In this document: positions 13,637 through 26,775 of the stretch, piece after piece | Layout: every line of letters starts with the position of its first letter | How positions within the stretch are numbered: the first letter of the stretch is position 1 | Assembly: GCF_004010195.1 (NCBI RefSeq) | Contig: NC_057757.1 | Span: 7,338,610-7,402,609, forward strand | Length of the DNA: 64,000 nt | Source: Chiloscyllium plagiosum | Lineage: Eukaryota | Direction of reading: 5' to 3' | The notes under the pieces: model-generated | Told to the model about the DNA's origin: nothing | What the model saw: the letters and a program-made list of their open reading frames with translations, nothing else | The model's database searches: none | Program-made: the position numbers and the translations under genes

Positions 13637-14409
13637 GCTGTCTCTGGGTCACGGATTCCTGCTGTGATGGATGTGATGCTCCTGCTGACATTTTGCAGAA
13701 CCGAAATAAAGACTTCTCTTAAAATAAGGAGGAAATCTCCTGAGGCTCAATTAGGGGCCATGGAGACTTGACTTTCAGTACAGCCTTTGAGCTGACAGTT
13801 CCAATTAACCCATTTCAATTCCACACATTATTTATCACAATAATCCAAAAGATGTGCTCACTCCTGATGGGATGCATGAGCTTTGTTGAGGAAAGAAAAC
13901 TTGGAAATCACATGGCACCAAATTTAACCTGGATATGGAAACCTTGTTCTGACCATTGCTGCCAACTATGACCTTCTACCTTTATATGGGCTTTGCCTCC
14001 CACAGCATATTTGTATTTAATGTGGCAATTGTTATGGTTACACTTTTGTGACATGACAACGAGGCACGGGTGATATGGTATTGAAATGATCAGCAGAGAT
14101 TTATTAATGATTGTGATAATATACAACTTTGCGTTTACATGCCAATCAGTGTTTGGGCTAACAGCTATTCAGTCACAAAGAGTGGAAAGATCTCAGTAGG
14201 TGAATCCTGGATGCAGAGATTCTTTTTCTTTCAGAAGGTAATGGACTCTTTGGAATTCCCTTTCTAAAAAGGCAGTGAAAGCAGAATCCTGAAATAGTTT
14301 TAAGGCAGAGGTAGTCAGATTGTTGATTATCAAATAGATGGTAGATTATCAGGCATGGTTTGCAGGCATGATTTGATTTGATTTGAGTTATTATTGTCAC
14401 GTCACCCAC

Positions 14410-14635
14410 TTGATTAGCATTCCATTCACAATCATCCACTCTTTCCATCACCGACGCTTAGTAGCAGCAGTGTGTACGTTCTACGAGACACACCGCAGAA
14501 ATTCACCAATGATCCTCAGACAGCACCTTCGAAAGACAGGACAATTTCTATCTAGAAGGACAAGGGCAGCAGATACATGGGAACACCACTCCCTACAAGT
14601 TCCCCTCTGAGCCACTCCCAATCTTGACTTGTAAA
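14410..14635 (+). mobile_element. CR1/L2-group LINE 3' fragment
   Basis: Reverse-complement homology to 2040-2250 and 53070-53260. Confidence 0.65.
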
Positions 14636-14769
14636 CATACCCATAAACGTGCCCATCAATCCCAGTGCCTGCATTCACTCCTGTTGAGCCTTCCTGTTCC
14701 TGCAAAATGGAGGCCGTTGATTCCACGAGGTAAGTATTTAGTGACAAACACATTGAGTAGTAGGAAAAC

Positions 14770-15017
14770 CTCAGGCACTGATAAAACCAACATCCCTAAT
14801 AGCCACACGTGAGGAACCTTTTACAAATGTCTTAATTGATTATGTAGCACTCCTCCCTAAACCAAAAAAAGTGGGAATCAATATTTAGCGACCAGTATAG
14901 AAGTATGTACTAAATTTTCAGAGGCCATTCCATTCCACAGCATCAAAGCCAAAACTCATTTCTTTTAAACTAGATACAGACTACCCACAGAGATACAATC
15001 TGAGTTCAAAGTTGTTC
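14770..15017 (+). mobile_element. Gypsy integrase fragment (left part, split by L1)
   Basis: gaggaaccttttacaaatgtcttaattgat...ctacccacagagatacaatc is homologous to 6455-6655 and 24960-25165. Confidence 0.75.
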
Positions 15018-15940
15018 CGGGGGGGGGGGGGGGGGGATTCAAGATGGCAGTGACCTAGAAGGATCACGTTGCTGAGCCCTGCACCACAACATTAGCAGGA
15101 TAGAGCTGGAATAAGTTCCACCTATCTTTGTTTATGTTGTGGGAGAATGCCGAAGAAAGGAAGGAGTTCGCCTTCAGCCGGTGCCAGGGCTCAATCCATT
15201 GAGGCGGTGGGCTTGCTTTGTCACCAGGCCTTGGTTGAGGAGCTCACCAAATCTCGTGAGGTCCCAGGGAAGGAGTTTGAAGAAAACAAATTGGGGAAAA
15301 GCTGAAAAAGCACGAACAGCCGCCGGAAGGCCTGTGGAAAAGGACTGATGAGCTCAAACGCCGGGTCCCAGGTGTGGAAGCAGAGGCTGATTCATCTAAA
15401 AGTCGGATCTAAGCCCCGGAAACACTGGTCTGTGGTTTGCTAGATCTGGTGGATAACCGTGTGAACAGGGGCAGAAGAACCAACCTTTGTGCTGTTGGAA
15501 TACCGGAGGGGATGAAAGGTGAGCAGCCAGCGGAATTATTTGCAAAATGGTTCCCAGAATTGTTCAGTTTGGAGGCTAAAAAGCGAACCGAGCGGATCAT
15601 GGCATGGAGGCCAGAAATAGACCAGTGTCCTTGCCCTGTCCTGGTACGTTACCATTATTTAAAGACAAACAGAGAGTCATGGAAGCTTCCAGAGCCCAAG
15701 AAGGGATCCAAGGGAGTTGATGTGCAAGGGCTACAGGGTAATGTTTTTCCAGGACTTTTCAGCGGCGGTGATCTGGAAAAGAAGTCCTATAATGGCATCC
15801 AGAAGAGATTAAAAGAGCTTAGGATTCTGTACTCTCTATGATATCCAGCAGAACTTCGGATTAATTATAATGGATCTGTACATTTATTTGACTCACGGAG
15901 AAAGTGAGGAACTTTGTGGACATGCTGACTCTCTGAATAG

Positions 15941-16137
15941 CTGAAAATGTGTTGCTGGAAAAGCGCAGCAGGTCAGGCAGCATCCAAGGAACAGGAGAAT
16001 CGACGTTTCGGGCATAATCCCTTATGCCCGAAATGTCGATTCTCCTGTTCCTTGGATGCTGCCTGACCTGCTGCGCTTTTCCAGCAACACATTTTCAGCT
16101 CTGATCTCCAGCATCTGCAGTCCTCACTTTCTCCTCA
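15941..16137. mobile_element. palindromic Penelope-derived insertion in the L1
   Basis: 13-bp TSD ACTCTCTGAATAG at 15928-15940 and 16138-16150; inverted arms meet at about 16020 with the CTGANGA cores deleted. Confidence 0.85.
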
Positions 16138-19100
16138 ACTCTCTGAATAGGCACAGATAACAGAGTCCTTCTTTAGAGAGGACTTAGTGGAATCTCCTTC
16201 AGTTGGTAATAAGTTGTGTTAAATTATGCTTGGGATAGATAAAGTTGATTTCCTTTAATAACCTTTAATTTCTAAGTTAAGTTATACCAAGAGATGAGTG
16301 ATGTTTTTACTTTTAACTTACTTATGTATATTACTAATCTTGTTTTTTACTCACCTTTTTTCTTTTTTTGCTACTTTATCCTGGATTGCCTGTGTTTGTG
16401 GCATGACACTAGCTGGTAGGAGTTAAGAGGGCGGTGAGAATGGTTAGTAGGGTTTTGGGATGTGTAGGCGCCCCCATTGAATTGGGGATAAATTGCTCTC
16501 ATCAGTGCTTTTCCATTTTTAGTGTACATCGTTTTTTCAAGTTTTGTAGGTTGTTGGTTGTAGCTGTTTTAGTTAATGGAGTTTTTGTGTTTTGTGGACT
16601 TTCTTGTACTGAAGCTCGACGATTCGCAGTTTGAGACCTTCCTCTCTGGAGTCTAAATACTGCTATAGAAAGTTATGGCTAAGGATATGTTCAAAAGGTG
16701 TACCTGGAACATTAAGGGGAGTCCCTTGCCGGTTAAGGGGAAGAAGGTGCTCTCCAATCTTAAAAGGGAGAGAGTGGATGTTGTAAGGAACGCACCGAGA
16801 TGATGCAGAGCATTTGAAACTGCAACAGAACAGGTATGACCAGGTTTATTTCTCATCTTTCAATACTAGGAGTACGGGATGGCCATACCTGGGAAGAATC
16901 TCCCATTTAAGTTGTCAGAGTGTATTGAAGACACACACATGGGAGATTTGTAATCCTTAAAGCTTTGATAAATGAGCAAGAAAATGTCATCTTAAATGTT
17001 TACTGTCCCTTGGCAAACCCCTTAAGTTTTGATAGATGCACATTCTAAATTGGTTAACCTCACATCTCAGTATACTATGATGGGGGTAGTTACTTGTCTA
17101 ATAGATCCTACGGTAGACAGATTGCCCAAAGGCCCCCCGATATCATCTTCATGACCTAAGCAATAAAGGGATTTGCGTGTTGAACTAGGACTGGTAGATA
17201 TTTGGAGTCGCCCTCACCCTTCCGGCAGGGATTTTATGTTTTTCTTGAATCCGCACAAATGCCACACCAGGTTTGATCGTACATTTGGCAAGATCACTAT
17301 TTCTGATCACACTCCAGTGTATCTAATGTTCAAGAGTAAGGATACTAGGGTAGGTTTGAGGCATTGGTGACTGGATCCCTTCATCCTTAAGGATACCAAG
17401 CTTAATCAATTCTTTTCCACTGAATTCAGGGCATTTTTAGACATTAATTCAGACTCGGCCAGTAATCTGCCACCTGTCTGGGAAACTGCTAAAGCCGATG
17501 CTAGTGGGTAAGTTATTTCCTATTCTGTCAGTAAGAAATAGCAGAAGAGTGAGCAGCAACGGTGCTCGAAACACTTCTGAAGGCAGCTGAAAAGGCATAC
17601 TTTGATCAGCCCTCATTGGCTAAACTGAAGAGGATCCCAGTGCATTGGTCCACACTGAACTGCATGCTCACACAGACAGCTAAGAGGAAGCTTACATTTG
17701 CAAAGAAAAGCTGTTTGAGCATGGGGATAGTCAAGCAAGTACTCAGTATAACTTGCCATGAAAAGGAGTGCTCCTCAAACCATTAGCTCAATCAGAGAAG
17801 ATACTGGAAAATTAACACATGGTTCGAAAGAGATTAACATGGCATTTCAGTAATTTTACTCAGAACTATTCCTTTCTGAAAATAGTGAGGATGGGCGTGC
17901 TAGGGTGGAATCTTTTTTTTAAGAATTTGGACTTCCCGGGAAAGACTCCTGAGCAAAAGTCTCTCTTTCATGCCCCATTGTCTGTGCAAGAGGCTGTGAG
18001 ACAGCTTCAGACTGAAAAGGTGCCTGGTCCTGACGGACTTCCCGGTAAGTTGTATAAGGAATTTATAAGTATACTGTCAGGACTGATGCTTAGTATGTTT
18101 AATGATTCACATAGTCATGGCCTCCTCCTGTCATCTTTAAGGAAGGCAAACATCTGTCTTATCCTTAAGGGAAGGCATGGAGGACTATACTTCCTATAGG
18201 CACACCTCAGTCCTGAATGTCGATTTCAAAATCCTATCTAAGACTCTTGCACAAAGATTAGAAACTGTGCTGCCCTCCATCATTAAGGAGGATCAGACGG
18301 GTCTTATAAAAGGTCGCAGATCATCGAATAATGTCAGAAGGTTACTTAATATGATCGAAGTATGTCATCAACGATTGGTGCAGGGTTTAGTGATCTCTCT
18401 CGACGTGGGGAAAGCATTTGACTGGATAGAGTGTCCATACCCTTTTTTATACTTTAAGGTGGTTTGGCTTGGGTGAGGTCTTTATCAAATGGGTAAAGGT
18501 TTTGTATAGTGAGCATCTTGCCGGGGTACTCACCAATGGTGTGCAATCAGGCAGTTTCAATATTCTTAGGGGCAGTATCATCGTCGCTTTTCACATTGGT
18601 TATTTATCCGCTGGCAGAAGTAAAATGTAGGGATCCCAACATGTCTGTTCCAAAAGTGGGGCCAAAGTCCCGTAAGATGCATTGTATGCAGATGACGTTC
18701 TTGTCTTTTTGTCAAAGCCAGCAGTTTCGGTGCCTCATCTGATACAATGCCTCATCTGGTCCTGAGGATGAATCTCAACTTCCCTTTAGATGGTCACAGG
18801 AGGGTTGTCTCTACTTAGGTATATGCAATCCTCCCGTCTTTGATCGGCTATTTTAAATCAATTTTGCCCATTTACTGAACAGAATCAAACAAAACCTTCG
18901 AAGATGGTTTCTTGGCTAGGTTGGATAGCCCTCATTAAAGTGAACATTCTCCTCTGTATGCGGTATCCTATGTGAATGCTTCCTTTGCTTTTTCCGAAGC
19001 AAACATTTAGGAGACTGAATGGCTGGTTCAGTTCCATTATCTGGTATTGCAACCCTTATTAAACTAACTAAACTGCAGCTATCTCACAGACTGGGAGGAG

Positions 19101-19549
19101 TTGACCTCCCTAATACTTAAAAACTACCAATTAAGCTTGTTGCTAACTTATGTGAATGGCTTGGCCTGTGTGGACGCTCACTCACTACGGTTAGACATCG
19201 AAGCATCTCAGGCAAGATGCCCCCTCATTAGCTTGCTGCTCTTGGCCAAAATGAAGGCAGTTAAGGAATATTGCCACAGCCCAATAGCTATTGATCCTGT
19301 TAAAGCATGGAGGGCAAATGCATCAGAGTGAGGACAATATTGCCAACATGTTATTTTTTACACTCGTAGTTGGTATACTGTGCTTTCAGCCAGGGATGAT
19401 GGACTTGGGGTTTAAACTATGGGCAGCTGGGGATGTGTCTTGCCTGGATGAATTATTCAAGGGGGGTATAATGATGTCTTTTGACCAGTTGGCTTGGAAA
19501 TACGAGTTACCCAGTAGGACTTCTTCCATTTTTTTCAAATTAAAAATTT

Positions 19550-19726
19550 CATGTACAATTGCAACATTCAAAAGGCATCTGGATGGATATATGAATAGGA
19601 AGGCTTTGGAGAGATATGGGCCAGGTGCTGGCTGGTGGGACTAGACTGGGTTGGGATATCTGGTCGAGATGGACGAGTTGGACTGAAAGGTCTTTTCACA
19701 TTCTGTACATCTCTATGACTCTATGA
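19550..19726 (+). mobile_element. CR1 3' tail fragment nested in the L1
   Basis: FKRHLDGYM motif and (CTCTATGA)2 tail. Confidence 0.75.
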
Positions 19727-20734
19727 TTTCTAACTGATTCTTATAGACCTGACACGTAGAAGAGGGTGCTGAGTGCTGAGAATACATTTACTGTCAGCCA
19801 TGTCTATCACCTATTGGAAGAGGGCCCCTTGGATGAGTCCGAATTTGCTGTGTAAGGTAGGAGCGGGAGCTGGGCATTGAGATCTCTTCTGAAGTATGGG
19901 AGGATATCTGAGAAAATGTAAAGAGAATCTCAATTTGAAACAGGACCCATGCCTTGCAATTAAAGATTCTCCACAGGGTCCACCTGGCTCCAGACCACGT
20001 TTCAAAGTTTAAAGTGGAAGTATCACCAATGTGTCCTAAACACAAACTGAGTATGGGCACGCACACTCATTGTTTCTGGTCCTGCCACAGGCTGCAGGTA
20101 TGCTTGAGCACTGTGGTAGGTGAAATAGAGAGGATCTTGGAGACAGAGTCGGAGATGGATCTGATATCTCTTCTTCTTGGCCTTGTTAATCCACTTCCAT
20201 TAGACACACAGCAAAAAAAAGCCTTTTCAGTATCCTCGCTTTTTGTGCAAGAAAGAGCATTCTAAAAGGGTGGGTGTCTGAAAACCCCCCGTGGCTGTCG
20301 GCTAGTGTAAGCTAGTCTTGGAAAACATCTCTTTGGACTTTCTTACAAGAATGGTGCAACATAAAACTGAGAAGTTTTATATGATGTAGCAGCCTTTTCT
20401 GGACGACTTGGCTACAGATTTGTCTGCTCTACTAATAAGGGCCTTTGTATAGCCACGACGACTCTGTTAATTGAATCTGGTATCTAGAGAGGGGGAACTA
20501 CGACCACATGAATATGTATAATTTTATGCTCATGATGGTTGAGGGATATTACTTTGTTGTGTTGAGTTGTATTATTATTATTATGGTCATATCTTATTAG
20601 TTAGTTGTTAGTAATTATTTATTATTTATTTATTTTCTTAAGTGGTTTTCTTTGTATTGTTTTGAATGTAATTTGTTGTAATATACAAAAAAAATCCTGT
20701 TTTTCAATAAAAAAGTTATTCAAGGAAGTTAGAG

Positions 20735-20885
20735 GACCTAGAATACCTGCGGTGTGGAAGCAGGCTATTTAGCCCAACCAGTCCACACTGACCAACAAAA
20801 CGTATCCCACCCAGACTCACTTCCCCACCTTATTACTCTGTATTTACACTGACTAATGTGCCAAGCCTACACATTCCTGAACAAT
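20735..20885 (-). mobile_element. decayed HE1-type SINE 3' part
   Basis: gtggaagcaggctatttagcccaaccagtccacactgacc resembles 8381-8425. Confidence 0.55.
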
Positions 20886-20887
20886 GA

Positions 20888-21185
20888 GTTATGGATGTCA
20901 CAGGAATAAAACAATTCAAAAGTATTGTGTACCATCGCGAATCACAGGGAGAGTTTGAACAGAGACATCAAACTTTAAAGACCGTATTGAGGGCCTATAA
21001 TCAAGACTATCCATAAGACTGGGATAATGGAATTCCATTTGTATTTTTTGCAATGAGGGATGTACGTTATGAATGAACTGAAGTCAGTCCTTTTGAATTC
21101 GTTTTTAGACATGAGGTGAGAGGACCACTGAAATTCATTAAAGAAAAATTGGTGAGTCAGAATTGAGAGATTACATAAATAAAAT
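20888..21185 (+). mobile_element. Gypsy integrase fragment (right part)
   Basis: gactgggataatggaattccatttgta and catgaggtgagaggaccactg are homologous to 6815-6930. Confidence 0.75.
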
Positions 21186-21923
21186 TCTAAGGAACTGCGG
21201 AAGGTGAAAATCACAAAAACAGAAATCGCTGGAAAAGCTCAGCAAGTCTGGCAGCAATCTGTGGAAAGAAATCCGAGTTAAGGTTTCGGGTCCAGAGAAC
21301 CATCCTCAGGGTTCAAGGTCATGTTGTCCTTGGTTATTTTCAAGATGGGTCGTAAAGACAGAGGTGCCTATATGTCTGAACTGGCTACTGGCTACTTCGG
21401 CCAACAGATACTGACTAAGTTAACAATCAGAGGATGGCCTTTAGTTTGTTTTTGAAACATTTGTACAATGAAGGGAGGGACGTGTTCTCCCAGTTCAAGG
21501 TTCTTCAAGGTTGGTTTAAGTTTTAGCTGGGAATCTGGAGAAGCAGCTACAGTGAAAAGGGATTCCATGCTTCAACAGAGGTTTTGCCTAAACATTCTCC
21601 TGAAAAGATTCCAGCCTGTAAGAACCTGTGTTTGAATTTGCCTTTTTGCCAAGGGGTGTTGCAGTGATTGGAACAGCTTTTTTAAGTTGCTTCACCTGTC
21701 GGTTGGATTTTCAAACAAGTTATTCTAAATACTGTTTTCTTTTGTTCGTGTTCCATTCACAGTGTTGCAAATAAATTATGTTTTGTTTGAAGTTGAGTAG
21801 TTTGACCAGCTGCATCATTCCTCAAATATCCACCTTACATCTACCTTTACAAAAAAATAAAATAAAAGAATGGGCTACATTCTTGAAATGTTTTGAGGGT
21901 GTCTGGTCTGGTCCATAACAAAT

Positions 21924-21941
21924 TGGGGGCCCATCTGGGAT
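21924..21941 (+). promoter_or_regulatory. primer-binding site, tRNA-Pro type
   Basis: TGGGGGCCCATCTGGGAT matches TGGGGGCTCGTCCGGGAT at 15/18 and lies 3 nt after the LTR-terminal CA. Confidence 0.8.
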
Positions 21942-24062
21942 TTATTCTATAGCTCCAATTTGGGATTAGGGTGGCTGGACCCGAAGGCGGCAAGTGGTAG
22001 GTGTTAGTGTCTTTTGTTCCACGTCTTCAATTTTGTTGGTTTAAACAGTGCTTGGTGTAGTAATGGCTCTTTCAATTATTGAATGTTTTCTGGGGTTGGA
22101 AGACATCACTTTGGGATTTTACAAAAGGTGAACAAGACAAAGCTGACAAGCTGAAAATTGAAGTTGCCTCATAGTAATAGTTCAGCATTTAAATATTCTG
22201 GAAACACCATCAGAATCTTTAGAAATGGCTAAAATTGAATTGAAAATGAAGCAGCTTGAGTTAGAGGCAAAGGGAAAAGAAAGCGAAACAGAAATGAAAC
22301 AGTTTGAATTATGATTAAAAGCAGAGGAAAGAGAAAAAGAATCGAAGGTTTGAGCAAAACCAAAAAAGGGAGAAGGACAGAATTGCTTTACCAGAGCAAA
22401 ACGAAAAGGAGAGAGAAGAAAGGAGGAAGGAGAGACAGAGAGAAGAAAGGGAGAAAGAGTGAGGGAGGAAAGGGAGAAAGAGACGAAATGGAGAAAGAGA
22501 GAGAGTGTGAACTTCATGAATTGGCACTTAGATAAGAAAACCTGCCTAAAAGGATGGTGCTGAATTCAGAGAGTGAGGATGAGCAAACCATGGTAGCCAA
22601 AGGCCTGGTGAGGATCAGTTTAAATATATTCAAGGATTGCCTAAATCTGATGGGAAGTATCTGGAAGCCTTTGTCATCTCATTTGAGAAAGTGGCTAAAC
22701 AAATGCAGTGGCCGGTGACCTTTTGGTTTTGTTGATCCAAACAAAGTTGAAAGGAAGAGCTAGTGAGGCACTATCAGAGGAGGTATCTGGGGACTATGAG
22801 GAAGTGAAGAAAGCCATTTTAAATATGTGTGAGCTTGGGCGAGAAGACTGCAGACAATGTTTGCAGAATCTAAGGAGGGGCCCTGGTCAAACATACATTG
22901 AGTTTGAAGGGATCAAACCATGTAATTTTGAGAGGTGGATAAAGGCATTAAAAAGAGAGCATACATAGGACGGTTTTTTTTGAGGAGTTCAAATATTCAC
23001 TTCCTGAGGTAGTGAGAACTCAAGTGGAAGAGCAGAGAGTTAGAACAGCAAGATTAGCAGCTGAAATGGCTCATAATTATGAGTTGGTCCAAAAATAAAA
23101 GATTGGCTTCCAACATCAATTTCAATCTATGGTGGATCGAAATTGGGGATAACAGGAATCCTCACATGTTAAGAGAAATGTAGATCTCGGTGAAGATCAT
23201 GAGGATTAATTGACCACAAGGTAATAAAGCAAACCCATGAAGGGGAAAGAGAAGTTAAAAAGTCCTAGTGTTTTCACTGCAATAAAGTAGACCCACATGA
23301 AATCACAGAGTTGGTGGGTTAGGAAAAACATAGGGAGCTAGGTGTAGGGAAAAAAGATAAGCCAGTGAATTTTATTTGAGTGGTAACGGAAAGCACACCG
23401 GTGGCTAAAAAACTGCATCAGAATGTACAACCTGATCAGAGGCTGCCATGGAGTAAGTACCAGATCTTCTTAAATCATTTACGTGCGAAGGTAAAGTTTA
23501 CAGCATAGGCCAGGCGCAGCAGGTAAACAGATTACAGTATTAAGACAAACAGCATTATGTCAATCTTTGATATTGAGAGATGAGGAGATATGTAACCTAA
23601 AAAGATTATTGCCAGAAAAAAAAAGTGCTGGTCTGTGGAATTCATGATGAGACAAGAAGTGTTCAATTATGTACAGTGAGGTTAGAGTATGCTGTGAAGA
23701 GTGGAGAAGTTGTGGTAGGAATTCTAAACAAACTCTCAGCTCCAGGGATACAATCTGTCCGTGCTGATGATATAGCTGCTTCACAGGTAGGAATGCTGCC
23801 GACTGTGGTTGAAAAACCAGTGGAAAATTAGGCAACTGAGGTATTACAGGAAGCAAATCCTGGGATTTTTACTGACTGTGCAGCAATGAGGTAAAAGTCA
23901 CCGGTTAAAACAGGAGGAGAGACACAAGAATATATTTAAGAAAGTTGAAGTAGAATTAGCAGAGACCATGTTTGATCAAATGGTTGAGATATGACAAGAA
24001 TAGATGGAGGACAATGTGGATATTTTTAGCTTGGAGAAATTAACTGAGTTACAACAGAAGGT

Positions 24063-24468
24063 TGTTTGCTCACTCACTTTAATAATTTCAGTCCAAGACC
24101 AAAAATCTGAAACAGAGTCGTTTATTTGTACACTTGCAAGTGGGTGCCATGTCTAATGCCAGGTAAGGCAATGACAAATGCACAGTAAACCCCAACAAAC
24201 TCTCGCAATTTATACAGTTTTTTCCCATATTTTTTCCTTATTCCATTGTTTGTTCCCTGCTTCGCTTACATCATTCATTTCCTTAAGACTGATCCCACAA
24301 CTTCTGTTTATCCGGCCTTGTCCGTGACAAATGTCTATCTCTGCCNNNNNNNNNNCATTTTTGCTAAGTCAGCTCTCGTCCGAAACAATCCCACACTAAT
24401 GTGAATTCATTTACTCTGCATCAGAACTTATAATTGCAGAAATAACATTAATTCACCTATATCCCACA
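24063..24468 (-). mobile_element. probable solo LTR inserted in Gypsy copy B (contains a 10-N gap)
   Basis: Absent from copy A; TG...CA ends; minus-strand AATAAA at 24121-24126; GTTG on both flanks. Confidence 0.55.
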
Positions 24469-24559
24469 GTTGAAAAACTGGAGCAATTGTGTCATAAAGA
24501 ATACATGGAAGAAGAATTTAAGTGTATTCCTAACTGGTACTGTCTGAAAAATGATGTTT

Positions 24560-24663
24560 CATAGAACATAGAACATAGAACAATACAGCGCAGTACAGGC
24601 CGTTCGGCCCTCGATGTTGCGCCAATCCAAGCCTACCTAACCTACACTAGCCCACTATCCTCC
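24560..24663 (-). mobile_element. CR1 3' tail with (CATAGAA)n repeat
   Basis: TSD ATGTTTCA at 24554-24561 and 24664-24671; absent from copy A. Confidence 0.75.
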
Positions 24664-26257
24664 ATGTTTCAATGAGGAAATGGAGTCCATCACATATTCA
24701 GGCAAATGAGACATGGACAGAAGTACATCAAGTCATATTGCCAGTGGGTTATAGATAGGAGGTGTTGTGCGTTGCACATAAACTGCCAGTAGGAGGTCAT
24801 TGAGGGGTAATAAAAATTCAAGCTAAAATACAAAGACATTTTTACTGGCCTGGACTGCATACAGATATAGTTGAATTTTGCCAGACATATCATAGATGTT
24901 AGCTAATTAGAGAACCATAAGCAATAATAATGCCTGCATCTTTAATACACATTCCTGCATTTGAGAAACCATTTACAAGAGTCTTAATTGATTGCATAGG
25001 ACCCCTACCTAAAGCAAAAAGTGGAAATCAGTATTTGTTAACAATAATGGATGTGTCCACTAGGCTTCCAGAGGCCATTCCGTTAATGAACATCGCAACA
25101 AAAAGGATGGTGGACGAGTTAGTCACATATTTCACTGATATGGACTACCCACAGAGATGCGATCAGATAAGGGTAAAAACCTCAATTATTCAAAGAGGTT
25201 ATGGATAGCTTAAGAATGAAACAATTCAAATCCACCATGTAACATCCAGAATCATGGGGAGTACAAGAAAGATGGTATCAGAGATCACAGACCATGTTGA
25301 GGGCCTGTATTCAAGACTGTCCAGATGATTGGGATAAAGGAATTCCATTTGTAATTTTTGCTATTAGAGTTGCACCAAATGAATCGACCAAACTCAGTCC
25401 ATTGGAATTAGTTTTTGGGCATGAAGTGAGAGGACCGCTAATATTGATTATGGATAAGTTGGTAAATTAGAATTCAGAGATCACATGTTTGGACTGTGTA
25501 AAATTTTAGGGAACAATTACATAGAGCGACAGCATTTTAAAAAGTAAACCACAGTATGTAATGAAACAGGAAGCAGACAAGAAATCAAAAACAAACTCAC
25601 AAGTTTGCTACTGGAGATAGTGTTACTTCCAGTGATACGTGAACCTTGAAAAGTAAGGTTTAGTGGACCTTATCAAGTCAAAAGGAGAGCGAGTGAGGTG
25701 AAGTATTTAATAAGGATAGAAATCTCACAGACTGTGTCATGTGTTTCCCTGTATTTTGACAGGGAAGGAAAGCAAAGGGAGATTGTGTTACTGGTTACAA
25801 CACAGATGGAAGAATCATATTCAGTGGATTCTGAACTGGACGTTCCTCAAATTAAATTGGACAATAAGGAAATTCTTAAAAATTGGGATAAATTATTGAG
25901 TTACCTTCCAGAGGAAAATCAAAATGACCTGTAAGTGTTAATATCACATGAGGAGATATGTGGAAATAAGCTAGGAAGTACTAACCTAATCATGTATGAT
26001 GTAGATATAGGAGATGCTGTTCAGATGAAGCAACCTGAAAGGCATAACCCTATAAAGTTGGTTCAGGTTTAAAAGGAAATTGAATGCATGCTCCAAAACG
26101 ACATAATCGAAGTGCGCTACAGTGACTGGACGTCACCCATAGTAATGGTGCCAAAATCAGATGGTACCCAATGGTTATGTTTGGACTATCACAAAGTCAA
26201 TGCAGTTACAAAGACTGATGCACGTGCGTTTCCACATTTGGAAGACTGTATTGAAAA

Positions 26258-26775
26258 GTTAAAAGTCACACAACATCATGTTATAGTCCAACAGGTTTAT
26301 TTGGAAGTACTAGCTTTCTGAGCACTGCTCCTTCATCAAGTGTTTGTGGAGAATAAGATTTTACGACACAGAATTTGCAGCAAAAGTTTACAGTGTGATG
26401 TGACTGAAATTATACATTGAAAAAGACCCGGATTGTTCGTTAAGTCTCTCATCTTTTAGAATGACCATGTTGTTTTCATTTCTTTCATATGTAAATCGCA
26501 AAACTTTTCTTAATAGTTACATTCTCAAGTGACTTTAACAACTGGTGTCCTGTTAGCCCAGATAATGTATTAAAAGTGTGAGGCTGTCTGTGCCACAATG
26601 GTCAGACTGATTCCTGAAGAAGGACTAATGCCCGAAACGTCGATTCTCCTGTTCCCTGGATGTTGCCTGACCTGCTGCGCTTTTCCAGCAACACATTTCC
26701 ATCTCAGACTGATTCTAACCTTAAAAAAAAACAGATTTACAGAATCTTACATGGATTCATGTAGTTTTTAAGCAA
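26258..26775 (-). mobile_element. left half of the Penelope-like insertion orthologous to 7763-8734, with a nested hammerhead repeat at 26611-26703
   Basis: Same insertion point (after ttgaaaag, C[IV]EK); nested copy CTGAAGA-A-GGAC-TAAT-GCCC-GAAACGTC with TSD TCAGACTGATTC. Confidence 0.75.

Larger units (their letters stand above)
15019..20714 (+). mobile_element. full-length decayed L1-clade LINE (ORF1 + ORF2)
   Basis: 5' G-run then ttcaagatggc; ORF1 NRGRRTNLCAVGIPEG; APE endonuclease TWNIKG (about 16700) and ISDHTPV; RT PGPDGLP, DFKILSK, DQTG and YADD (tatgcagatgac about 18685); C-terminal CPK..THTHCFWSC; AATAAA at 20706; TSD-like AAAGTTGTTC (15008-15017) / AAAGTTATTC (20712-20721). Confidence 0.88.
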
